This document shows, piece by piece, positions 43,301-58,300 of a stretch of DNA of 64,000 nucleotides. Both the position numbers and the translations under genes were made by a program. Numbering within the stretch: position 1 is the first letter of the stretch; the number at the start of each line of letters is the position of its first letter. Where the stretch lies: contig NC_134028.1 of NCBI RefSeq assembly GCF_964204645.1, positions 24,982,345 to 25,046,344 on the forward strand, in the 5' to 3' direction. Below the pieces are notes generated by a model that ran no database searches, was not told where the DNA came from, and saw nothing but the letters and a program-made list of their open reading frames with translations. The stretch comes from Tubulanus polymorphus (Eukaryota; Animalia; Nemertea).

Positions 43301-46300
43301 CATAGTACACACATCGTCTTGTTCGAACTGAGCTCTTTACCGCTCGGACAGTACACTGCAATAAACAACGGTTTTTAATGAAAAAAGAAGCATTTCGTAT
43401 CGTTAACGTATTAACTAATGACTTGTGAATGTGATAGACGTAGATAACTAACCAAATACATCCTAATCATGAAAAAGCGACAAAATAGCCGAAATGTAAT
43501 CTTTCAAACTCGAAATTCCGACTTTAGAACTGGCTACAGATGCGAACAAAGTGGTTGGAAGCTTTACTTACGCTTGCACTGGTCAGAGCTGACTGCGCCA
43601 GGTAATTTCGTGTCCAGTCCAAGTGGACACTGAATACAGGTTGATCTAGCGGTAACGTTTTGATACTGACCGACCGGGCATCTGATACACGTCTGCGTCC
43701 GACTATCGTGCATGTATCCGACCCCGCATTCAACTGAAATAACAGCAATTAATACGTTGTATACAAAATTATCACGATTACTCATAGAATAGGTTTGGCT
43801 CAAGTCGGAAACGAACAACTCAGATAAATCTTAAAATATATCTCAGATGACACGACTCGGCACAATAACATATAACTAGATTATAACTTCAATCAGTCTT
43901 ATAGTTATTACGATCCTACGTAAAAGGCCCGACTCTTGAGTGGAGTCTACTGCTGCTTGTTGATATTTATTCTATGTAAATGCCTACCACATTGAAGGCC
44001 GACAGCTTGGTAACCGGTCGGGCATATCGGCGCGATTATCACGTAGGAAGCTGCCTTTTCAAGACCTCCCCCGTCTATGGGTATCGGTTGGGTGGCACGT
44101 TTTCGGCGTCGTCTTCCAATGTTAACCTTCGTGAAAAATATCGATAAACGAGATTAATCGCCATCAACGGTGCATGTGTTTTAAACTCAATTGAAATCGG
44201 AAGGATTTCGATTTCATTGTACGCAAACTTACATTCGGGTATGAAAACCTGCCGGCGGCTATCATATCGTTCAATATCACGTCAGGTCGCTGTTTCGTTT
44301 GACCGTTGTCGAGCGGTGAACTATAAATCAAAAAAGCATGTACGAATGTAGTTTTTGTAGAGTGATTTTCGGCTAGCTTCATGCCGAAAAACGTCGGCAA
44401 CATGAAAACGTTATTTGTAAAATTTCGCAGCAGGAAATTGCTGCAACGTGAACGTGTGCCGCAGAAGACGTTTTAACCTTAGCAGGCAAACCTACTGGAA
44501 AGAGCTCGTAAAAAACCAGCCTTTATACGGTGGTGCATTTGTGTCTCATTTTCTCCATCAGTTTGTATCTGCACGTTTTAGAAAGGCGCAGACGAATATG
44601 GCCGATTTTTCTGCGCCTTGCTAAAACACGTAGCAAATATATCATTTAAGTAAATAAGTAAAATGAAAATAAGAAAAAATAACAGATTGGTGTCTATAGG
44701 ACGCAAGGTAATTTTTTCCTGAATTCTGATATAACTTACTTCAAACTGCTGATTTCGATTATCGATATCAATCCCGCTGTAGCTTTCACCGGGGTGAACG
44801 AAATCTGCAAACTTGCGCCGCAATCGCTCCCGCACAAACTCGAATTCCAAGCCGTGTTTACGGTGCCAAATGTTGTTTTGATATTACTAGTTAAAACTGT
44901 ACGGATATGACTATTATCCTTTAGATTAGGATAGACAAGGGTGACGGACAGTTTGTATTTCTGGTCAGCCGACAGGCTCGCCTTCGCTAAAAAACATCGT
45001 GAGAAATAATTGTAAGATTGAAATACATTCTACCAATACCATTTTCTTCACGGTGAACTTACGAGCACAAGATGGATATCTGATCGACAGTTTTGGATTC
45101 TCGTAATTCCAACAGCCAGACGGTCCGCACGTGTAGAATCTAGGTACATCTACGCACAAGGTTTCATTCGCCGAATTGCAGCTGATTTGACAATTCGAAT
45201 ACGCATTCGTCGGGTTGATTGTACAGTTCTGCGTTCCGGCAAACGGTGGATCTTCAGGCTTACTGCAACTCGTGGCTGAGAGGAAATGTACAAATTATAA
45301 AGACGATTAACAATATCCATTCTATAAACATATTTTCAGATGTACCGAGGAAACAATGACTATTTTTTCATTCTCAGTGTGGGGTATTCATATCACATGT
45401 TACTACTTGAAGTTGAATACCATACACAAATAAACAAAATGGACTGAACCCGAACAAGATTCCAGATTTATCTGAATAAAGGGACACAATCCATTTAAAG
45501 CAGAAATACAAAAAATGTTCTTACGTCTCACGTATACGTTGAAGGCGCAAATTGCAGTATTGGATGCATTGTCTCCGGCGCGATAAACGACTGTATGACG
45601 ACCGGGTGGAAAATTACTTCCTGTAAATGAACAAGCGTAAAATATGACATTAATAACTGACAGTGACCTTATTCATTTATTTTAAAACCCTAAACTATGG
45701 AGCCAAGCCCAACAATGATGAAATCTCATTTGTTATGACATACATAATGTGTACATGTTTGAAATGTAAATGAATATGTAATAAAACAGATAATTTCATA
45801 CAATTTCGTCTCGAATCCTCCAAATAAGTTATACAAGAAATAAATATTCACGTCACATCGATATCATCATCTGGATTTGGATAGAAGAGAATCACAGCAA
45901 GACAAAACATATTCACTGGCATCGCTCTTATACCAGGGAAGTGTAATGATATCGGTACCCTGCTTTAACCTACCTGGTTGGAATGTCGAATTCAAAGTAG
46001 AATCTGATGGGACAGACGGCGTTGACCACGTGACTGAGTATTCTGCCGCGGTGTTTTGCGTTCCTATAGTCTTGTAGACGTTCGTCGGACACGTCAAAGG
46101 CGGCGGGACTTTATCTGTAAAAATCAATGAATGATTGATTGAATGATTCTATTTTTATAGAACACAATTACACGAAATACGTTAAAATGATGGGATCAAA
46201 ACGATTATTATCAGTCTATTATCAGTCTATTACTAGAGACGCAAATGTCAGTTCTGATCATGGTTTCTAATGAAAAGTATTTTCGTTAAATCTTCGATAT

Positions 46301-49300
46301 TTCGGATATTTGTGGTTTTTCACGTGTAATTGATTCAGCGCATCGCCGTATCCACTAATTTGAGGGAGATTCAATAATACCCTGATTAACGCATGCATTT
46401 CATACAGTACGTCGTTACCTGGTCCGTTGCAGTCTGTACCGGTATAACCGATCGGGCAGATATTCTTCAAATGCGTCGTGTTAGTATAAGCTGCATTTCC
46501 GTCGAGCCGGTAACCGCCCCAGTTTTGAACGAGATTGGCCGTCAAGGAGGGTACATCGGTATTCGGTACCGTAAGCTCCGTATTCCAGACCATCACCTGA
46601 CTCAAGCAGCCCTGGAATCCGGACATTTTCTTAGTGACTAACGTCGACCTATCGATTTCACCTCCCAGAACTATGTAGCCGCTAGACGAAAAAATTTTAA
46701 AAGAAATTAAACATCAACATTTTGATTTGTTAATTGTTTTGTTAATTGTTTACAATATTTAAAGTAGCATCCTGAGCCACAAAATGGTTGCAATGAACTA
46801 ACATTTTTCATAGCAAATTCCCAAACCCGCGTCATTAATTTCTTGGAGGGGTTTCTTGTGATATACATGGCAGAGCAATACACTCAACTACTGAACTAAA
46901 AGTAATGTTCGGAACGTAGCGATCGCGTAATTCATGATCGACAGTACTTACAAGTCAAACGAAACCACTGGTATCGTATTTTTATTCAAATTAGCCCCGG
47001 ATATCGCTAAACGCAGGTTGCCGTTATTGATGCGGATTATGACTGAATTCCAGGTTCCTCTGTTCGTTCGTAAAACTCCGAGCGGAATCGTTTTATTTTG
47101 TACGACTACCGAATCGTGGTTCACAGTCAATATCTTCTTTCCGCCGAATAATCCTTTGTGAAAATCGTCTTTCCTGCAATTGACAGTTAAAAGACAGTTT
47201 GCGTGAAAAGTCGGGTTTATACGACGCATCGTATTAGTTGTGTACAACCCGTTCACTGCAAAGGGCGAGTTATCTCGTGTTTGTTAGGCTAGTAACACTG
47301 CCAACGGAAAGATGGCGTCTGCGTGCATGCAGTAACCATGACTTAGCACCGTCGTTAGCAAGTCGACTGTAGGATTGAGGTTCGGGGATTGAATCCTGGA
47401 TCAGTTCGTTCCCACTTAAAACATTCTAAATTGATATGCTTTTACAAACTTCAGTGTTTCTAATCTTATGAAATTATAATCTTTTTTGATGATTTTTTGT
47501 TACCTCGAATTGTAAATCGTGAAGAACGTCCCGGTACCGCCTTTATAGAGGTATCTTACTTTGAGGTGTATCGTCATTTGAGAGCTGTTAATTCTGAACG
47601 GCATGAACTGTCGGGCAGATGTCGCCTTATCGGGTCCGTAGAAACATATGTCAAAATCGGGCTTCATATCTGCGTGTGGAGAACATTTTTTGTTAAGCCG
47701 TGGATTATTTTGGTGCATTGTCTTAAGGATTAATGGGGAAAAAATAAACAACACCTAAATACCAGTTTTCGTTTTTTCCCATACCTTTTGTACACATAGG
47801 TCCTGTCCTACTGGCTGGGCACAGGCAATAGACGTTCCACTTGTCGTAGATACATTCGGCTCCGACTGGGCAAGATCCCGTTCTACATTTAACACTAGTC
47901 TCATTACAAGAAACGCCCGTGAAACCTAAAAACGATAACAATCGGTAAAAATCGTATTCAGTTGTTGATTTAGCAAAACTTTATGAATTAACTAAAGCAC
48001 TGGAAACAGGTCACTTGGTATTCAAAAGGCACGAAGCATTTAGAGAATCTGATTTTTAAAAACGCACTTTATCTCAAGTTGGCGCCCTGTTCCAAAAATC
48101 ATTTATCTGCCCCGCTATCAATGTGCGCTATCACAACTCACCCGGGGGACACTGCTTCTTAGCCCAGCTTACGGTTGTATTATCCTTCAATGGGTTTATA
48201 CCCGTGTCAATCCTGATATCGCAGTACTGTCCGTCATAACCTGAATATATCAAACATTATTTGTTTAATCGGTTAGTTATGAATTGTTAAGGTTACTATA
48301 TCGTTATATTTACCTGTTTGGCAGTTAGTGCACTGTGGAGGTTTGCCCGTGCAATTACCACCGTGCACACAAGGGGATGCGACCTCGCAAATAGACGGCG
48401 GGGTCAAACACCTATCTCCATATGTATTTTTGTTACATCTGAAATTAAGAAAATTGATACAATAAATTTGAGACAGTCCGTAGAGAAATTGCCGCTGAAC
48501 GCGTTGAGGGATGGATACAGTTGGCATGTGTTGGCGGCGCAAATTTAAATAGAACTTTATAGCGATGTTTGGCATTGAAATAAAATCCTGTACCACTCGG
48601 GACTTACATGCAAACCGTATCGTTGAAACCAGATACACACGTCGACTGATTCGGACATATTATTACGCTCGAGTTGAGGCACATGTCGACGGGTTTTTGA
48701 CAGCGCAGACCCGTCCAGCCGGGTTTACAAATACATCTAAATCCGTTCACTTCGTCCTTACATATTCCTTCGTGATAACACGGTTTAGAAGCGCATTCGT
48801 CGATGTCGATCTATGAAAAAATACAGAATTTACTTGTGACGTAGAAGGTGTTTAGGAAGATAAAATATTGGTGGACAAGAAGTCGCACAATATATAAATT
48901 GCACAATATAGAAATAGACTTAAAGCAAATACTTAATCAGAACAACGTTTCGCCTATATTCTAATAGCCATCATCAGGGATACTATTAGAATAAAGCTTA
49001 AACTTTTAAATCTTTTCACATTGTCATTTTTTTCTTTTTTTTATATTTTTTCACTGTAAAAATCCTCGACTCTTCACATTTTTTCAATATAAAATTCAAA
49101 AATATTCATATTCATCGATATATCGATATACACACGAAATAACTCGAAAAACCTAAGTATGTTGTAAATGTCGTCACCTACCTCACATTTCTTGCCGGTA
49201 TATCCCGGTTTACAATTACACATATAATCATTGATCAGACCCGTGCACGAATTCGTTCCTGTTGCATTGCACGGCTTCAACTTGCATTCGTCAAACGTTT

Positions 49301-52300
49301 CATTACAATATTTACCTTAAAAAGAACAGCAGATGTAAGAATCAGTTTCACAAAATATGACGAGTATGACCGGAACATGTAGGCCCATCTTTTTAATACG
49401 ATGTCGCTACTGATGCTGGTTACCACGTGATTGAGCACATAACTACTTCCAAGATGGCTGACATTTATGAAAGCAACTGTATTATATTCGACTATTTTGT
49501 ATTTCGGACTAATAGTCACTTTTATCAGCAAACTGGATTCATTGAACTTCCACATTTAGACAATTTTCTTTTTTTAAGTAAGAATGAGAATGAGTTTGAA
49601 AAGCCGCCGACCTCGGAATCTCAATTCGTCAACAAATCTATAACCAACTACAAGGAAAGCGAATGACCACGATTCCTCCTTATAATGTTTTTTATATATA
49701 TAGTAAACGTCTAAAACGTCCAAGATCTCATCGCGTGCTATTCATTGTGGAACCTTAATTTAGTTACATTAAATGTTGAGTTCTGTATTCAAATCGAAAC
49801 TTACCGATGAAACCGGGTTGGCACGTACAATTCACGTCGAGATATCCGTCGCTACAAGTAGAGTTATTCTGACACAGATTCAGTTTACACTCGTCGATGC
49901 TATGCTGACAGAATCTTCCCTCGAAATCCGGCGCGCATTGACAAGTATATTCCGTTGCGGACACCGATATACAAAAACCGTTGTTTTTGCACGTGTGGTT
50001 GCGACATGGGTTCAGTTCGATACAACTGTTGCCTGTGGATATTCGAAAGAAACGAAATTAGAAGAAAAAAACTGCAGTTTAATTTCTCTACGATACTAAT
50101 TATTGAACCTGGATATATTTGATGAGATGATTTACATGTTTATACCAAGTTCGTATGCACAGAATGATACAGAGAAATAAAAAATTTGATTTTATGTGGG
50201 TTATTTTCTTACTACTTAATCGAAAATCTAATAAAAGTTTTTTTAAGGATTTTCTTAGTTCCTCTCTACCAATGTACCTAAGAGTTTACGTAGCATAAAT
50301 GAAAAAAAAAATCACTTTTTTGAGAAAAATTCTTAGTTTTTTTCAAGTTCAGCAAATTCAAATATAATAAACATTGAACAAAATACGAGAAAACGCATTT
50401 TCTCGAGTAAGTGGACAAATTTGGACTCGAATTCCTTCTATACAAAGTCCAGCGACGCGTTCGAAGACCTTCCCCAGAATAAGTGTGTTAGTAATTACCG
50501 GGTATGTAATTGCTGGGAATTACGAGGACGCAGTAATTTGATAAATACCTGATGATTTAAATCCCTGGTCGCACAAACATTCCGTGGTCGAGTTTTGGTA
50601 TATATCAATGCATGAACCAGCCGCCGAACAGTTCATACCCTTACACGGATCGGACCGGTTCTGACACCTATATCCAGTAAACCCTGGTTGACAGTCACAT
50701 GTATAGTTATTTACGGATGGAGTTTTACACATACCGCCGTTAAAGCAGGGATTCGAAGCACATTCGTCTGTGAAAAAATAGAACTTTTTGAATTGTAGCG
50801 CGAGAAAATAAAATAATGGTTCAATGTAAATCGGTTATCTTGCCTCTAGCCGTACAGAAAATTCATTTTAGTATGGCCCGAATCAGCCACGATCTAAACA
50901 TAGTTACCTATATCATGCTGGCAGTGACGACCAGTGAATCCATCAGGACACTGGCAAACATATCTTCCACCTTCCGTAGAATTGTTACATATTGCGCTGT
51001 TGTTGCAAGGATTTGGTGAACACACGTCGACAGCTCGATCGCAACTGAAACGACAAGGAATATGGCTTTACACTACCGCGGGTATAGATTCTTCAAAACA
51101 AGATGCTGCCCCTTAACCACGTCTGACATCAAAACGGTATTCAATTTTTGATAGAGGCTTTAAAAAGTGCACAAGACAATATAGATCCAGTCATTCGAAG
51201 TGAATTTAATGATGCCATATGGGCTTTTTGAGGCGGCCAGTTTTTAAAGGAGGGCATATCTTTCTTTATTTCATTAACTTTCTTATCTATCCACTTTATT
51301 TACACTCAAACCCATTACAGGTATTAGAGGGACAACACAAAATCTATCGATTTGATAACACGGTAGAAAAATGACGACTTTGATAGCACGATTAACTTTT
51401 TAAAATCAACAAACAGAAATTACAGAGTAACTAAGGGCTATTAACATATACAGAGAAATAGATTCAAATAAAATACGACAGTAAAAATATTAATATTCGG
51501 TGGACAAATGCAATTCTTTGATTAGTTTCTTACAAAATACTGCAAGATCTTTAGGGGATCGAGTAATAAGATCAATAAGGGTATTTCCACAAGTTTTTAC
51601 TTACGTGTCTCCTCCTAGCGGTGGCTGGCAGAAACATTTGAAGCCACTGTCGAGATTCTGACACATCCCTCCGCTTTTACAAGTATCCGCAGCGCAGAAG
51701 ATCGGCGGTTCTTCACACTGGTTTCCGGTGAATCCTGTATAACATCGATATCGAGTCAATGTTTGTTAATGTCTATGTACGTACATGTATCTTCGTGATT
51801 TTTTGCAGCATCACATGAACAGTTGATAGGTTCCTCCGTGAACCGGTGCAATACGGCTATTTGGCTATTTGAAAACACCTCTTGAACCATCGATGAACCA
51901 GCCCCCGAGGTAAAGTGCTTGACTTTAGACTAGATGTTCGATTATGTTTTTTGAAGTCCTACGTATGTTCTACAAAAATTACTGTAAGATACTCAAAATT
52001 CTACTTCATAATTATAAATCTAAGCCTTGATTATTAGTTCATTAAAAACGTTATTTCCTTGATGCCGAGTGCGTTTTTCGCGAGGAATTTTGCCGTTAGT
52101 TATATACACTATTAATACGACAGAGAGAGACTTGACCATGATTTACATTAGAGACGTCGCGTGCGTGGATGGCCTCATTACGTTGTCGCAACCTCGACTG
52201 TATAAAAAGACCGTTACCTTGTAGACAGTTACAGGTGTAATTATCAGATCCTTCACCTCCCGTACAGTTACCACCGTTATAACACGGGTTCGAGTCGCAT

Positions 52301-55300
52301 TTACTGACGTTTTTCTGGCAAAATCGTCCGGCAAAACCTTCGAATAAAACACACATCGCGCCATTAATTTTTCTACCCGAAAATACCGATATGTTCCGCG
52401 AATTCGTCAAACTTGGTTCGACAACTTTTGTAGAGGGAAATCAGATATTTTCATTGTCTACGTTTAAATAGGATCACAATTATATACAAATTTAAAAGAT
52501 TAAAATTCATTTATCGTGGTATGCTACGTTTATATTGATTAATTATACATACAATTGACGGTTGATATCAAACCTGTTCAATACATCCGCCACTTACCTG
52601 GTAAGCATGTACATATTGCGTCGTGAAGCGGGACGATACATCGGCCTCCATTTTCACAAGCTGTACTGTTGTTGTTACAGAGCCTGGCTTCTGCATTAAT
52701 AAGGAATGAAATCACACAATATTTATATCCACGAATAAAGGTTGATTTCGAGGATACTGGTTCAAAGTTTAAAATGGTGGAAGCTCGATTGTTCGCTTAC
52801 CTGCGTTGATACACCCTGAGCTGCCCGGGCCATCGGTCATATTTCCTTTATCGCACTCCAAACACGTCAAACTTCCGACTTGCGCGGAAAAATAGTTCTT
52901 CGGGCATTTAGCGCACAGTTGATAGCCGTTATAGGAGAATTCTCCAGCTGGACACGGATCTAAAAGTGTGTCATTGGAAAATAAGTTACGGAATTTCTAC
53001 TTAACAGTTAATAGATACAATCCCGAGAATCTACGAACTAAAGCCATTCTCATCGTAATTTTATCGAATTATTTTTAAAGAATTATTTTGAAGATTTAAC
53101 TCTGTATTGCTATATCTACCTGTACTTCATTATTCTTGAATTTTGAAAAGAATTCTTAATGTTCCAATCACCTTTGTAAAAAGGCCATGATAAATTTTAC
53201 GTCCTGAAGACTTATGCCAAACTCCTATTCCGTTCCCGGCAGGTGTGGTGGGTTTGTAAGGGATACGCCGAATAGATACGAGATTGAGAGACCCCGCAAA
53301 GATAAAGTGACTAGCGTGGGCGAATCAAGAAATGAGTGCCAGGACCCGGACCATTACCCTCCTACTGAGGTTGTCCATTTTGCAGACAGTTAATCTGCAA
53401 ACGCGACACTCAAACTAATCAACGAAATTGTGCATTGTTCAGAATTTCCTGATCAGGAGAATGGGGAGGTCAACTCGGTGCTCCCCTGCTCGTGACCTTA
53501 AGAAACACCCATCCCTTCCAATTTCCCTAGATCCGGCCCGACGAGATTTCTTTTGGAATATACTAACCGAGACATTTTCCAGTTCCGAGAGTCCTTTGAT
53601 TTCCCTTGCATTGTGTACAACTACCATTCAAAAACACCGTATTTTCCGGGCACGGGAAACAAGGCGGTAGATTCGTTTGCGAATACATCGAATATTTGTC
53701 ACAAGTATCTGAAATGAGAAAAATCTCATTCATTCGATTTGCTATCGCCTCATTTATCTTTGTTTCATTGATAATCGTGTTGCGTTGATTATGATGAATA
53801 CACAAATTGAACTGAAATCGTACCTATGCAGTCGTCCCTCGACCGACTCATCGTGTAGTGAGTAGATTTACCCGCATCGCATAGTTTACATAACATCATT
53901 CCGCTACTATCCTGATAGGTTCCTTTACCGCATGGCAAACACGACCCGTTCGATAGGTACGTACCAGCCGGACAATTCACTGCATAGAAACAAATATAGA
54001 CCTTTAAACTATGGAAAATGCGCTATACAGCGGGTGCGGGACTCATTTTGTTAGAAGATAAAATTGATTCAGTCTTTTTTTATTTTTATCTTGCTTTACG
54101 TCATTAGGATCTTGGTTCCCTACAACAAACCCTATTGGACTGAACCTTTTCAAGTAGAATGTCTTTCTCCAAAATATGTCCTAGGACGCTTCCACTTTCT
54201 TGAGTGTGGAACTATTTTTTATTATCTGCTATAGTTAAGACTATGGATAAGACTAATTTTGAAGTTCTTTTTGAATCGAAGTTTTTACAGATTATCAGTC
54301 TTACCGCAGTAATTTTGACTATTTTCGATGAAATGAATCTGGTTCGGATTACAAGGAATCGTAGAGTTGACAATCGCGTTCGTAACGTTGCTCAAGGCCG
54401 GACATCCGTCGACCTTGAGGGTCGATACGTTTTTGAAGTGGCGGTTCGTGTTGATGTCAAATTTCGTACTCGGATCGCTAGGCACGTGAAGACCCAAAAT
54501 TATCTCCAGCAGCTCTTTACATTTGGCTTCATGTTTTTGGTTTCCAGTTTGGGATTTGATAGATAACCGAATAATTACGGATACCTTGTCCTACAATATA
54601 AAGCATTTACAAAATATGAAATACTGAACTTGACCATACATGCGCGCAAAAACTTAGCGATAAAGTAAAATTCTATTGAAAGGAGCCTCACTTGTAAGTA
54701 AAAAATCCCTAATTACGGAATGTATAAACTTGCTCGGTGGTGGAAAATAATGACCTTAAAGGTCCGGGTGTGGTTATACTTACGGTATAGGGTGACGGTC
54801 CCGGGTACACTAACTTGCCGCTGACCGAAACGGCTACTTTTCCCCAAATATTGCAATCCACGCTATGTTCGGCTGACTTTTTCTTGAAAAAGTCGTCCAT
54901 GGCTGTTTGTAATTTAGGCATGCACGTTTGATTGAACGGTGTCGGAGTATTCAAGTATATCCACTCGTGATCGGAGACAATTCCAGCCAGATCCTTCACT
55001 GGAACGGAGAACGAATGAATTATTTTCATTAGTAAACGAAAAAAAAAACGTTCGATCATCGCAGTCTGGACAACTGGCGATGCGTTTTGAATACAAGCAT
55101 AACTGATGATGATATCTAACGTGAAGATTTTGTGATGTTTGATACCAATTTGCGCTACTTCATTATTTTCACATGTTTTAACTCTACTAGGGACGGATTT
55201 CAACCGCGGTTACCATAGAACTGGGTCCTGATCGGAAGATATAACGCCACAGTTGGGCTAAAATAATCTTCAGAATTTCGATTAATGAACAATGAATTAC

Positions 55301-58300
55301 GCACCCAACAAAATTAACCCCAATCAGTCGCTTGCCGGTTCAGACTGGTTAGAGGATTGTTTGAATGCACCAGAACCGAATTTATGTACTTCGATTTAAA
55401 CAAAAAGTTCTGTAAATTCCAACGCTAGTCACACAAATACGTATACGTGTCATTCGATTTCAGATTTTAAAATCAAACCCTGCTTCGTTCCCGGCAGGTA
55501 TGGAAGGTTTGTATAAGGCACTCAAAATAGAAAAAAAATCAAACCAAATCTTTCTAAAGAGAAACTGAGTAACCTGGTTCTCGGATCGACTGAGAACTGG
55601 AGTAAGTTTCGATGAGTTTAGATTAGTTACGAATAATTAACCCTGGGTCTGATTTAGAACTATGGTACCGGGTCCTAGTGATTTTCAATAATCCGTACTC
55701 ACGTGAACAGTCGGGTACGACATCAGATGGAGTCCAGGATGACTGGTTATTCGAACACGTATATTGAAGACTGGTTTTATTTTCAGTGATGAACACGTGA
55801 TTAGGATTACACGTCAGATTACACGTGTATCCAGTACCGAGTTTCGTACAGGTTTTATTGCCATTTATCGGAGTCCTCAGATAACGATCGTTGCACTTCT
55901 CCGCTGAAAGGTTAATAACAGAGTAGCTTTTTAATAATAACTTGAATGACGGATTTTCATCAGCCACATTTTCAGATTTCCAGGGCAAAAATGAGAAAAA
56001 GTATTTCTGACTCTACTACTGAATAAAATTTCTCATGGAAAAAGGGGAAAACTTGAAACACGAAATGATGGAAATGTGTATATTCAACAAACAGAATATG
56101 TATCATGTCTAAAATTATCTGTGATCAATCAGATTTATCTGCATTATTTTAATATTGTCGTTCATTAATTCATTGTCGACGTTATGAAGCAAGATTTATA
56201 CATAGTATTCTTCAAGGCGTCAATAAATATCAAGTTATGTTGTTGTCATCACGGTTTTACTCACGGTAAGTGTAAACCTGGTAACGACACGAAGCGCTAC
56301 CGACTGAATTCGCGGCTGTAGCCGTGATCGTCTGCACGTTGTAATATCCGTCGATCAACACGTCCTCCGGGCTGTACGTCACGTTACTATCCGACGATGC
56401 GTTAGCGGAGAATTCTCTCGACAAGCTTTCGTTAGACGGTGCTAGCGACGAGTACTTGTAATAAGACTTCGGACATTTGATCGTGGGCACAGTAGATACT
56501 TGTCCTGCAAAACGGTATAATTAAATCAGAGATGAAGAAGTGAATTTCTAGCGCGATTTTCGAAGATTCCGTATTTTTATAATTAAAAATAGATCCAGTT
56601 TCACAGTAGTTTTTACTCTACGGTAAAATTATTGGAAACAAATTCGTTTTGAAACAACTATGTGGGTGGGATTGGTGTATGGTGCTTTTTGCATTTTGGC
56701 AATAATGGGCACATTTTGATTCTATATTGTGAGAGGCACGGGAAACTAAAGTTTCCTTGGCTCTTGGCGCTCTTGGCTATAGCTAAGCTATGAATAACTC
56801 TTTTAATATTTTGGCAAATTGAGACAATATGAAATATACGTACGTTGCTTCACAGTAACAGAAACGCTGCAATTCGCTTTGTTATCGGCGAAGTCAGTCG
56901 CTGTGAACACTAGGGTCAGGTCAGAGCTGACTGTCGTCGAGTTTAAGATGAAACCGGGCGGGTAGATTTCGAGCGACTTTATTCCGGTGTTGTCGGTAGG
57001 GATTGGTTTTTCTATGTCGACCGTTTCGTACTGAAACACAGTTACCGAAGCCGGGCAAGTTATATTGGGCAACTGCGTATCTGAAATGACAATATCATTT
57101 ATATGACAATATCAATTACGCCATGGTTGAGAATTGGTATCAAAATATTTCAATTTATCTTACTCCTGTTATTTCGCCATTAAGAAAATGTTATTTTTCC
57201 AGGCGTGGATAAACTCGTAAGTTTCATTGTTTTACCTATGCACGTTGGCGGCGATCCGGACCAATCGACGTCTGAACCAATCACAACGCACTTAATGCTG
57301 GACGGTCCATCGATCGTGTATCCATCGCGTTTACACGTGTAGGATACGTTGCTACCGATTTTATACCCGGAACTCGTAACTAGCTGTACGGTACCGGCCT
57401 CAGTTCCCGGATCTTTGCAATTAATGCCTATAAAAACAAACGTATGGAAATTAAAGACTGGTGAAAAATGGCTTGAAGCATCGAGTTTATTTCTTTTCGT
57501 TGTGAATTCAGTTCATATGTTTGATTTGAACAATTTAGAACGGGACCAGTTAAACAATCATGACAATCAAATCCAAAAGTGGCATCGAATTTAGTCCAAA
57601 TCAGTCTTAAGTTGTTGGGTATGTAATGAAACTAAGTTGGTTTAATGACTAGTCTAAAGACAAACAGCGTCGGTCATCAACTTGGCAAACTGCTTAAGTT
57701 GATACTAAAACTACTGGCAAATGTTCGATTTCTGATTCTCAACTTGGTGAGTTCACTTTCATGACTCAATAAATTGTTCACAGTTCCAACGTTACCGAGT
57801 AATGTTGAGTTAGCAGAGTTTCAACATAGTATGCGTTCTATCACAAAGAATACCATACCTATGCATCGTAAACTGCCGAAGTCCCAGTTCCCATCCTGTC
57901 CACAGGAGACGGTATTGTTGCCGAGTATACTTGTGTTTCCACGCAACGTCATCAGATTTTCACAAGCGACATCAAACGTCGAGCCGTATAAAGTCGAATT
58001 GTAATCGAAAAGCTTTGCTCCTTCGACGTCAGTTTGTTCTGGCTTTCCGCAGTCAATTACTGAAACAATCAATCGAAGTATTCAGATTTTCATAACAACA
58101 CATTTATCCAGGAATTTCGAGAAAAAAAAACTCAGATTCGAGTCCAGTATTTGGTATATTGGGCAATTAGATTTTTAGTGCCTTTACAGGAAGGCAGAGC
58201 TTCTTTCCAAATCAAAAAAGGATTTTCATCTCAATCTAAAAACTTTTGAAGCGTTAAGCTTTCACAATGCAACATATTGTATCTCAGAGATGTAAGGATT

